Program-made: the position numbers and the translations under genes
The notes under the pieces: generated by a model
What the model was told of the DNA's origin: nothing
What the model saw: the letters and a program-made list of their open reading frames with translations, nothing else
Database searches by the model: none
Assembly (NCBI GenBank): GCA_905182125.1
Contig: CAJJAV010000011.1
Span: forward strand, 9,934-73,933
Length of the DNA: 64,000 nt
Reading direction: 5' to 3'
DNA from: an uncultured Candidatus Poseidoniales archaeon
GTDB lineage: Archaea; Thermoplasmatota; Poseidoniia; Poseidoniales; Poseidoniaceae
In this document: piece after piece, positions 45,549-54,343 of the stretch
Layout: each line of letters opens with the position of its first letter
Numbering within the stretch: position 1 is the stretch's first letter

Positions 45549-48281
45549 ATGCGATGCACGCCAACGGCACTTTTTTCCCTGATTCTAGTGCTTTCTTCTG
45601 TTGCAGGCGGCATCAACAGCGAGGTGCAAACCCTCGAAGATCGAGACCTACCGCAAAGCGTTGGCGGTGACAATTTATCTTCCGGCTTGGCCTTTGGTTG
45701 GGCGACAAGTGCGGGTGGGGCACTCGACGATTTCATCTCACAATCTTCCACCTACGCCAACGGCACCTTCATTGTCGCCGGGAGCTATGGAGGTGACATT
45801 CAATTCCGTGACCAAATCGATGGACATGGAGCCACTGGTGGATCAAGCGACAGAGATGCAATGCTGGGTTGGATCAATCCAAACGGCACATGGAACGCAA
45901 GTTTGTCTATTGGGACATCCGGTACGGATTCAATTGAATCGATTGCTCTTTTGCCAAATGGCGATGTCATCGTAGCCGGGAATTTTTGTTTGAACAGCGT
46001 TGGTTTCTCTTGCGAACTCTCTCTCGGAGATCTCGACCCGCTGGAAAAGGATGAGGCGGAGGATGACGGAAATGTATTCCTTGCACGCCTAAACGGCGAT
46101 GGAATTTGGTCCTGGGCCAAGCAATTTGGCAACGCCAACGATAACTTTGTTTTTGACATGCTGGTGACACCAAGCAACGAAATCCATCTTGGCATCCTGT
46201 TCCGAGGGTCATTGGAATTTAACGGTGAGGTTGTCGAAGGTGGCTCAGAAATGAGCTTAATCATCGCCACCTTCAACGAAGCAGGTGAATCTCTTTCACA
46301 CGTTGGCATTACGAGCGAAGATGGCATTGAGTCCATTGGCGGCATTTGCCAGGACGGGGCAGGGCAAGCCTACGCAGTTGCCACATTTAGGGGCGAAATG
46401 CTGACGGGAGAGACCCTTCTTTCTTCGGCAGGCGAAACTGACCTCATGGTTGCCTCGTATCAGGGCGACGAATGGCTGTGGGCCGTCTCTGGGGGAGGGG
46501 CATTTGAAGATCGAGCTTGGGATTGCTCAGGTTCTCCGAATCAAGGCCTGAGTGTTGTTGGGGAATTTGTTGGAAATGCGAGTTTTGGTGAATCAACGAC
46601 CGATGCCTCAAATGGAACCGATATGCTCCTCGCATTGGTTTCTTCATCTGGAGCATGGACCAGCATCGCACAAGCTGGAGGCGTTGGCGTTGACCGTGCA
46701 ACAAGGGTTGTAACCAACCCACAAGGCGACATCACAATCACCGGGACAACCGCAGCAGGCTTCGTTCTCGGCGAAGACACCCTCGAAGACTTAGACGATT
46801 ACAACGACGACACGCACAACGACATATTTCTCGCCACCTACTTGCAAAACGGAACATGGGCGTGGGCTGTGTCTGCTGGCGGTGAAGGAAATGACGAACC
46901 AACTGATCTCACCTACGCTCTTGACGGGTCGCCACTGCTAACGTTCATGCTCAGTGGAACAGCCAGTATTGGCGTTCACACTGCAACAAGTTATGGCGGC
47001 TATGACGTTGGCGTTTGGCTTTATCAAACAGATCGTGACAACGATGGAATCCTCGACGGGGAAGACAATTGTCCCAGAATCACAAACACTGCTCAGGGCA
47101 ACCATGATGGTGATCTTTTCGGCGATGATTGTGACGGTGATGATGACAACGACGGTGTTTCAGATGAACTGGATGATTGCCCGAGCGGCGCTATGTCATG
47201 GACTTCTGATGCTTCATCTGATCATGACAGCGATGGCTGTGAGGATGCAGGTGAGGATTTTGATGATGATGAAGACACCGTGTTTGATTTCAACGATTTA
47301 TGCCCCCTTGGTCCAGTGGGTTGGATTTCAACTCCTGAAGAGGACAACGAAGGTGACGGTTGTGCCGACTTTGATACTGATGAAGACGGATACATCGATC
47401 AGATGGACAACTGCCCTGCAGATGCGAACCCGACCCAGGGCGATTTGGACGGGGACGGGTTGGGTGATGCGTGTGATGTTGACGAAGATGGCGATGGAAT
47501 CGCTGCACCCGAAGACAACTGTCCGCGTGACATAACCCCTTGGACCTCAACTCCATTCAACGATTACGACCAGGATGGCTGCTATGATGACACCATGGAT
47601 GCGGATGATGACAACGACGGTTACCAAGATGTCAATGATGCCTGCCCCAGAGGTGAAATCAATTGGAATAATGATGTCGAGGAGACCACGGGTTTGGAGT
47701 TAAATGCGCTGGATCATGACCAAGACGGTTGCCAAGACACCATTGAAGACGATGACGATGACAACGATGGCGTTCTTGATCTGATTGACGCATGCCCCAC
47801 CGGCCTGGTTGGTGTTGCCATGGCTGGACAAGATGCTGATGGTGATGGCTGCATTGATTCGGCTGAAGATGATGACGATGATAACGACGGGGTGATTGAC
47901 GCAATCGACGTATGCCCTTTGACTCCAATCGGAGACCAGGTTGGCATTCAGGGATGCAGCATGAATCAATTGGATGATGACCGCGATGGCGTCTCAAACG
48001 CTGCCGACATGTGCCTCAACAGTCTACCAGGGAGGCTCGTCGATGAAAGCGGATGTGCAATCCTCTACCAAACAAACGAACCTGTTTCAAATGAAGCGGA
48101 TCAAAACGGCCTCACCACTTGGCTGTTTATCTTCGCAGGCGTGCTTCTTCTTGCCGCAGGTATTGTTGCTTCAAACGGACGAGCGCTTCCAAAAACTGAG
48201 GCGGATGTTGCCCCACCAAAACGACCAGTTGATCTTGACGAAGCGAGCGACTTTGATGCGCCGAGCAACGAGCAAGAATGA
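45549..48281 (+). CDS. Beta-propeller (SBBP-like) + TSP3-repeat membrane protein
   Basis: Signal peptide; W.WA...GG...D repeats; DNCP/DxDxDG repeats; C-terminal TM. Confidence 0.87.
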   Translation: MRCTPTALFSLILVLSSVAGGINSEVQTLEDRDLPQSVGGDNLSSGLAFGWATSAGGALDDFISQSSTYANGTFIVAGSYGGDIQFRDQIDGHGATGGSSDRDAMLGWINPNGTWNASLSIGTSGTDSIESIALLPNGDVIVAGNFCLNSVGFSCELSLGDLDPLEKDEAEDDGNVFLARLNGDGIWSWAKQFGNANDNFVFDMLVTPSNEIHLGILFRGSLEFNGEVVEGGSEMSLIIATFNEAGESLSHVGITSEDGIESIGGICQDGAGQAYAVATFRGEMLTGETLLSSAGETDLMVASYQGDEWLWAVSGGGAFEDRAWDCSGSPNQGLSVVGEFVGNASFGESTTDASNGTDMLLALVSSSGAWTSIAQAGGVGVDRATRVVTNPQGDITITGTTAAGFVLGEDTLEDLDDYNDDTHNDIFLATYLQNGTWAWAVSAGGEGNDEPTDLTYALDGSPLLTFMLSGTASIGVHTATSYGGYDVGVWLYQTDRDNDGILDGEDNCPRITNTAQGNHDGDLFGDDCDGDDDNDGVSDELDDCPSGAMSWTSDASSDHDSDGCEDAGEDFDDDEDTVFDFNDLCPLGPVGWISTPEEDNEGDGCADFDTDEDGYIDQMDNCPADANPTQGDLDGDGLGDACDVDEDGDGIAAPEDNCPRDITPWTSTPFNDYDQDGCYDDTMDADDDNDGYQDVNDACPRGEINWNNDVEETTGLELNALDHDQDGCQDTIEDDDDDNDGVLDLIDACPTGLVGVAMAGQDADGDGCIDSAEDDDDDNDGVIDAIDVCPLTPIGDQVGIQGCSMNQLDDDRDGVSNAADMCLNSLPGRLVDESGCAILYQTNEPVSNEADQNGLTTWLFIFAGVLLLAAGIVASNGRALPKTEADVAPPKRPVDLDEASDFDAPSNEQE

Positions 48282-48363
48282 ACTCGATTGAAGTTGATGG
48301 TTCATCTTCCTTCAAGTCAAGTTGTGCCATCAGTTAAATAAAAAAAGACGCGCATCGAAGATT

Positions 48364-50535
48364 ATGAAGTCTGGTTTAAGGTTCATCTGCGTTCTAATGA
48401 TGATGATGATGCTCGCATCCGTTCCTGCAATTGATGCCAATTCCACAGGCAAAACTGGTTCCAGCGCCAATGGCTGCACATGCCACAGCACAGACGCAAT
48501 GATCGTACCGACGATGAATGGATTGCCTTCGTCATATACCCCTGGGACCACATACTCGCTCACGTGGACCGGAAGTGGAATGTCGGCAACTGGCGAAGGT
48601 GGATTTAACCTCGATGCAACTGGTGGAACATGGTCGAACTTGGGTCAACGGGTCAAATCAGTTGGCGGCGAATTAACCCACAGTTCAGACCTACAGCGCT
48701 CATGGTCTGCTGATTGGGTCGCACCTGCTGTTGGAACTGGCACTGTTACGGTCAATCTTGCAGTGCTGTATGCAAACGGAAATTCCGCCAACTCGAATGA
48801 CAACTGGGGGACGGATTCGTGGACGGTCGCAGAAGGTGCAGTCGCTTCCAACACAGCTCCAGTTGCATCCGATGTCAAAATTGGTATTGCTAGCAGTGGG
48901 GGTGCGCCTGTCACTGAGGCGAATGTCAACGAAGACCTCCTTCTGTCATACACTTTTGATGACGCTGATGGTGATTCCAATTCCAATTCCCAAATCCGCT
49001 GGTCCAATGCAGGGGTTGTTGTTTCACAATTCAATGACCTAGCCACACTGCCTGCTTCAGCCACCTCTGTAGGTGACGTTTGGACTGGAGCAGTTACGCC
49101 CAACGATGGTCAGGACCTCGGTTCAGCAGTTGCAGCAATCAACACTGTGGATATTTTGGATATCGATACCGATGGCGATGGCTTTGGAGATGAAAGTGAT
49201 GCCTTCCCTGACGATCCAAATGAACATGCTGATAATGATTCAGATGGTGTTGGGAACAACGCAGACCAATTCCCCAACGACGCTTCTGAAACCATGGACA
49301 CCGATGGTGATGGTGTTGGTGACAATGGCGACTGGGCTGTTAACGATGCAAATGAATCTGCGGACAGTGACAGCGATGGCGTTGGTGACAACGCTGACGC
49401 TTTCCCTAACAACCCCAACGAGACTGTCGACACTGACGGTGACGGCGTTGGTGACAACAGCGATGCGTTCCCACTCGACCCGTCGGAATCAAGTGATTTT
49501 GACGGTGATGGTGTTGGCGATATTGCTGATGTGTTCCCGAACGACGCTTCTGAAACCTTGGACACCGACATGGATGGAACGGGTGACAACGCAGACGTGT
49601 TCCCCGAGGACGCTTCCGAATCGATGGACTCTGATCTCGATGGCGTTGGCAACAACGCTGATGCGTTCCCCGACGATGCAGATGAAACCACAGACACCGA
49701 TGGCGATGACGTTGGCGACAACGCTGATGCCTTCCCCAACGATGCAAATGAGACCCTCGATTCCGACATGGATGGAACGGGTGACAACGCTGACGCATTC
49801 CCCAACGATGCCAATGAAACCACTGATTCAGATATGGATGGCGTAGGAAACAACGCTGATGCCTTCCCCAACGATGCAAATGAGACCCTCGATTCCGACA
49901 TGGATGGAACGGGTGACAACGCTGACGCATTCCCTGAAGACGCTTCTGAATCGATGGACACTGATGGCGATGGTGTTGGCAACAATGCTGATGCTTTCCC
50001 CACAGATGCCTCGGAAACAATGGATGCTGACGGTGATTTGGTTGGCGATAACGCTGACTGGGCACCAAACAACGCCATGGAATCTGCCGACAGTGATGGA
50101 GACGGCATGGGCGACAACGCTGATGCGTTCCCGGCCGATCCTGAGGAAACACTCGATACTGATGGTGATGGTGTTGGCGACAACATGCAAGCTGCGCTTG
50201 AAGCAGCGGCGGCTGAAGATGCCAAAGCCAAAAGAAACATGATGATCATCGCTTTGCTGGTCGTTGGTTTGATCGGTGGTGGAGCGGTTCTCTTTCTTCG
50301 AAGCAAAAAGGATTCGGAAGAACCTATGAAAACTTTTGATCAGCAACCGATAGCAGCACGACAACAGTCGATTGCAATGGTTCAGCCTGCAGCGGTTGCT
50401 TCAGCGGTTGCCCAACCCGTGGTCGAAGAACCATCGGTTCTGCGTCAATGGACTGATGAATCTGGATACACCTGGAGAGCCATGAGCGATGGCGGCAACT
50501 ACTGGTGGACTGGAAGCGAGTGGCAACGGTCCTGA
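48364..50535 (+). CDS. Reeler-like (choice-of-anchor V-like) + TSP3-repeat membrane protein
   Basis: NS.GK...GCTCH, GLP..Y.PG.TY, GGF, W...W.AP, NGN; tandem 22-aa DxDGDGVGDNADAFP repeats; TM; Trp-rich tail. Confidence 0.87.
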   Translation: MKSGLRFICVLMMMMMLASVPAIDANSTGKTGSSANGCTCHSTDAMIVPTMNGLPSSYTPGTTYSLTWTGSGMSATGEGGFNLDATGGTWSNLGQRVKSVGGELTHSSDLQRSWSADWVAPAVGTGTVTVNLAVLYANGNSANSNDNWGTDSWTVAEGAVASNTAPVASDVKIGIASSGGAPVTEANVNEDLLLSYTFDDADGDSNSNSQIRWSNAGVVVSQFNDLATLPASATSVGDVWTGAVTPNDGQDLGSAVAAINTVDILDIDTDGDGFGDESDAFPDDPNEHADNDSDGVGNNADQFPNDASETMDTDGDGVGDNGDWAVNDANESADSDSDGVGDNADAFPNNPNETVDTDGDGVGDNSDAFPLDPSESSDFDGDGVGDIADVFPNDASETLDTDMDGTGDNADVFPEDASESMDSDLDGVGNNADAFPDDADETTDTDGDDVGDNADAFPNDANETLDSDMDGTGDNADAFPNDANETTDSDMDGVGNNADAFPNDANETLDSDMDGTGDNADAFPEDASESMDTDGDGVGNNADAFPTDASETMDADGDLVGDNADWAPNNAMESADSDGDGMGDNADAFPADPEETLDTDGDGVGDNMQAALEAAAAEDAKAKRNMMIIALLVVGLIGGGAVLFLRSKKDSEEPMKTFDQQPIAARQQSIAMVQPAAVASAVAQPVVEEPSVLRQWTDESGYTWRAMSDGGNYWWTGSEWQRS
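49160..50185 (+). repeat. Coding tandem repeat, 66-bp (22-aa) TSP3 unit
   Basis: Recurring GACAACGCTGA[CT]GC.TTCCC; 49718-49802 is identical to 49850-49934 (offset 132 bp). Confidence 0.9.
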
Positions 50536-53358
50536 TCACGCATAAACAACGGCTGGTGAAAGGGGCATAGCGCCTCCGGCCCGGCCGGTATCGTCGTGCT
50601 CTGATTCACCCAGCACAACACGGACCTCAGAGAGGCCGAGTTCTTCTGCGAGGAAAGACGCACGCTGTGAGAGTGATTGAACCTCATCTAATTGACTGCG
50701 AATTAAAACCCTTGATGCGTCGTCCCACTTGAACACTTGAGGCAGCATTTTTTTGCCCCAGAAGCCCATGATTTCGCCTTTACGATCTCCTTGGGTGATC
50801 TCCATTTGACTGAGGACAGCAACAAATTGCTTCGGATTTCCGCCCTGTTCAAGGAATTCAAGAGCGCGGACAGCAAGTTGACGCTTCCATGTTGGAGCCA
50901 CGATGATGGTTGCTGTTTTTGCAGGTTCATCCAGATGTCGCTCTGCGACATCCTTGATTTTACGAGCGGACTCGAGGAAACTACGAGCCGTTGTTTCACC
51001 ATCGATTGCAGTTTGCTCTTCTGCAGTGATTGGGGCGATTTTAGGCATTTCAGCACCGCTGATGAGTCCATCCATACCGAGCACAGCCCACCACTCTTCA
51101 GCGAGGTGAGGTGTTGAAATTGAAAGAAGGTAGGCCCAATGCTTGAGGATTTTTGGAGCGAGGTCGGCATTGTCCCCACCCCGGCGAGTGTACCAATTGA
51201 CGTCCTTGACCAGTTCATAATGCGAAATTTCGACTGCACGGCGCAAATCATACACGTCCATTGCCGATTGGAATTGTTCAATCCTTTCCTTCAATCGACC
51301 TTCGAACCAGACATCCATTGGATTGGAGCCCCCGGTCCAGCCAAGCAAGCGTTCAGGCATGCCGTACAATTGCATCATCACCTTGTAATTGGCTTCCAAT
51401 GCTGTGTCAGACCAGTCCATTCCTGCTGTTGGATTGGCGGCGAAGAGAATGAACAATCGGACCGTATCTGCGCCAAAACGCTCGATCATATCTTCTGGTG
51501 AAACGGTGTTGCCCAAGGATTTGCTCATTTTTGCTGAGCGTTCAGTAAGGGCCCCTTGGCAGTGTGGGCATGGCGCACCGCCATGGTCGACTGAAAAGGT
51601 GAGGCTGCACACTTCGCACCAAGGTGCTGATTTGTTGACCATACCTTGGCACAAGAGTTCGTTGAAGGGTTCGTCGATGTTATGCAAACCTAAGTCGCGA
51701 AGGGCTTTGGTCCAAAACCGTGCGTAAATGAGGTGCATCTGGGCGTGTTCGATACCGCCACAATAGAAGTCGACATTCATCCAGTGGTCGGCCTTAACTT
51801 CGTCGAAGCACATGTCGTCGTTCAGTGCATCTGTGTAGCGCAGGAAGTACCACGAGGAATCAACGAATGTATCCATTGTGTCGGTTTCCCTTCGTGCGGC
51901 TTGGCCGCATGTGGGGCAATCAGCAGCGAGGAACGAGGCAGATGTTTCCAACGGATTGCCTTGGCCAAACACCACGTCGCGTGGCAGCTCTACGGGTAAA
52001 TCTGCAGCAGGTACGGGCACAGCACCACACCCATCACAGTGAATCACAGGAATTGGAGTTCCCCAATACCGTTGTCGAGAAACCAACCAGGGGCGGATTT
52101 TCCAATTGATGGTCTGGAGACCTGCGCCCTTTGCTTCAAGCGCTTTGATAACCGCTGATTTTGCTTCATCGCCATACAGACCATCAAACCCTTCGATTGG
52201 GCTGTTGACCATCCAACCAAGATCGCATTCAGCCTTCTTGAGGTCTGCAGCGGCATCGCCATGCTCTTTCATGATCAAGACCCTGCGAATTGGGATGTCA
52301 TAGGAGTTTGCAAAGTCGAAATCACGTTCATCATGGCCAGGGACGGCCATCACGGCACCTGTTCCGTAACTGGCGATAACGAAGTTCCCAGCCCAAATCG
52401 GGATTTTCTCCCCGGTGAGGGGGTGAATCGCATTGACGCCGAGTGGTACGCCGCGTTTTTTATTCATGTTCTTGATTCGGTCAAATTCACTCATCACTGA
52501 AACTTCATCGTGCAGGTCGCGCCAATCAGGTTCGAAAGGCGTCCCCTCCACGAGAGCAGCAGCAAGTGGGTGTTCAGGTGCGAGTGTGACGAACGTCGTC
52601 CCGAACAAGGTGTCAGGACGCGTGGTGAACACGGTGAGTTCCTCATCGCGCCCTTCGAGGGAAAAAGTGATCTCTGCACCTTCTGAACGACCGAGCCAAT
52701 CCCGTTGGAGGGATTTCACATTTTCAGGGAAGGCAATGGTGTCTAAGCCGTCAACAAGTTCCTGAGCATACTTTGGGATATCGAGGAACCACTGGCTCAT
52801 TTCCTTCTGTTGCACAGGCCCGTTGCATCGCCAGCATCGTCCTGCTTTGACCTGTTCATTGGCTAAGACGGTCTCACATTGAGAGCACCAGTTCACTGGA
52901 GCGAATTTCTGATAGGCCAAACCCTGTTCCATGAACTTGGTGAAAAACCACTGATTCCAACGGTAATAGCGAGGATCATGGCTCTTTACTTGCCTTCGCC
53001 AGTCATAGGAGAACCCCATACGCTTGATTTGCTCAGTGATGGAGGCCATGTTGCGTTCAGTGATGTCATGAGGATGGGCGTTTTCTTTGATTGCTGCATT
53101 TTCTGCAGGCATACCAAACGAATCGAAGCCCATTGGGTAAAGAACATCAAAGCCCATCATCCGCTTGTAACGGGCGACTGCGTCGCCAATTGAGTAGTTA
53201 CGAACGTGCCCCATGTGCATTTTACCGCTTGGATAAGGGTACATCTCAAGGCAATAGAATTTCGGCCGATCATCACGCGCATCGCGTTGAAACAACTGCG
53301 CTTCGTTCCACCTTTTTTGCCAAAGGAGTTCTGAATCTGGAGTAAAAAGGATGCTCAT
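50536..53358 (-). CDS. leuS: Leucine--tRNA ligase
   Basis: MYPYPSGKMHMGH, FTTRPDT, GTGAVMAVPGHD, SRQRYWG, DTMDTF.DSSWY, GGIEHA, KMSKS. Confidence 0.97.
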   Translation of the reverse strand: MSILFTPDSELLWQKRWNEAQLFQRDARDDRPKFYCLEMYPYPSGKMHMGHVRNYSIGDAVARYKRMMGFDVLYPMGFDSFGMPAENAAIKENAHPHDITERNMASITEQIKRMGFSYDWRRQVKSHDPRYYRWNQWFFTKFMEQGLAYQKFAPVNWCSQCETVLANEQVKAGRCWRCNGPVQQKEMSQWFLDIPKYAQELVDGLDTIAFPENVKSLQRDWLGRSEGAEITFSLEGRDEELTVFTTRPDTLFGTTFVTLAPEHPLAAALVEGTPFEPDWRDLHDEVSVMSEFDRIKNMNKKRGVPLGVNAIHPLTGEKIPIWAGNFVIASYGTGAVMAVPGHDERDFDFANSYDIPIRRVLIMKEHGDAAADLKKAECDLGWMVNSPIEGFDGLYGDEAKSAVIKALEAKGAGLQTINWKIRPWLVSRQRYWGTPIPVIHCDGCGAVPVPAADLPVELPRDVVFGQGNPLETSASFLAADCPTCGQAARRETDTMDTFVDSSWYFLRYTDALNDDMCFDEVKADHWMNVDFYCGGIEHAQMHLIYARFWTKALRDLGLHNIDEPFNELLCQGMVNKSAPWCEVCSLTFSVDHGGAPCPHCQGALTERSAKMSKSLGNTVSPEDMIERFGADTVRLFILFAANPTAGMDWSDTALEANYKVMMQLYGMPERLLGWTGGSNPMDVWFEGRLKERIEQFQSAMDVYDLRRAVEISHYELVKDVNWYTRRGGDNADLAPKILKHWAYLLSISTPHLAEEWWAVLGMDGLISGAEMPKIAPITAEEQTAIDGETTARSFLESARKIKDVAERHLDEPAKTATIIVAPTWKRQLAVRALEFLEQGGNPKQFVAVLSQMEITQGDRKGEIMGFWGKKMLPQVFKWDDASRVLIRSQLDEVQSLSQRASFLAEELGLSEVRVVLGESEHDDTGRAGGAMPLSPAVVYA

Positions 53359-53449
53359 CGACTCACCTGTGCCCTGCGGGATACCCTTGCCACAGACCCA
53401 CTCGTCTTGAATGCCACTCTTCATGAGGTTGCCCAAACTGCGCTATGGT

Positions 53450-54343
53450 ATGGCGAAGCGAATCACCGTCAAGGTGCCAGTTCGAATCGACCTCGCAGGT
53501 GGTTGGACTGATGTTCCCCGGTACTGCAGCACCCACCAAGGCGAAGTGGTCAATGTTGCCATCAACCACTACGTCACCGCAGAGTGTTCAATCGATGATG
53601 AACGTAAAGTCAACGTCACTTACCAAACTCAGCTGCCCACGGGTTGTGGTTTAGGGACATCGGGAGCGATGAATGTCGCCTTGGTTTCCGCTATTTGTGA
53701 CGTGAACGAAGCACCTGAATCTGTAGCAGAAAAGGCGTACCAAATTGAAGCCATCCTTGGCAACACCGGCGGCCGCCAAGATCAGTGGGCAAGTGCCTTT
53801 GGTGGAGTTCAACATCTGACCTTTGATGGAGAAAGCGTTCGACGGGCCCCGCTCGTTCCTTCACCCGCATTCCGTACATGGCTTGAGAAGCATCTGTTGT
53901 TGTTTGACACAGGTTTGCCTCACGTCTCTGGTGAGTTGCATCAAGCCGTATGGGCTCGATACGATCACGATGATGAACAGACAACAGAAGGTTTGTTGCA
54001 CCTTCATGCGGCAGCCCAAAAAATGCATGAAAGCGTTCAGAATGAAAATCGAGAGGGTTTTGCAACTGCTTGGCGCATGGTGATGAAAGGTGTCGACTTG
54101 CTTGATCTTGACCTTCACGGGCCTTTTCGTACCAGCCTCGAACCGCTGGAACATCAAGGCCATGTTGTCGCATGGAAAGCGATGGGAGCGGGTGGGGGCG
54201 GCGTTGTCGGTGTTTTGCAGAGCGGTAAAGGCGACGCTCGACAATCGATTACGGATGCACTGACGAACGCTGGTTGGACGCCAGTGACATGGGCCATTGA
54301 AGACAATGGAATCCAGCGCAGAGAATCATTCAATCACGAATGA
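53450..54343 (+). CDS. GHMP-family sugar-phosphate kinase (HddA-like)
   Basis: PVRIDLAGGWTD, P.GCGLGTSG, GGRQDQ, GAGGGG. Confidence 0.85.
   Translation: MAKRITVKVPVRIDLAGGWTDVPRYCSTHQGEVVNVAINHYVTAECSIDDERKVNVTYQTQLPTGCGLGTSGAMNVALVSAICDVNEAPESVAEKAYQIEAILGNTGGRQDQWASAFGGVQHLTFDGESVRRAPLVPSPAFRTWLEKHLLLFDTGLPHVSGELHQAVWARYDHDDEQTTEGLLHLHAAAQKMHESVQNENREGFATAWRMVMKGVDLLDLDLHGPFRTSLEPLEHQGHVVAWKAMGAGGGGVVGVLQSGKGDARQSITDALTNAGWTPVTWAIEDNGIQRRESFNHE

Noticed and set aside
49160-50185. CRISPR array
   Set aside because: Repeats are in-frame 66-bp coding units with third-position variation, no unique spacers and no cas genes.
49110-50306. Long antisense Ser/Pro-rich ORF (398 aa) and similar shadow ORFs over TSP3 genes and tuf (25222-26289)
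   Set aside because: Explained by the codon bias of the real gene on the opposite strand.
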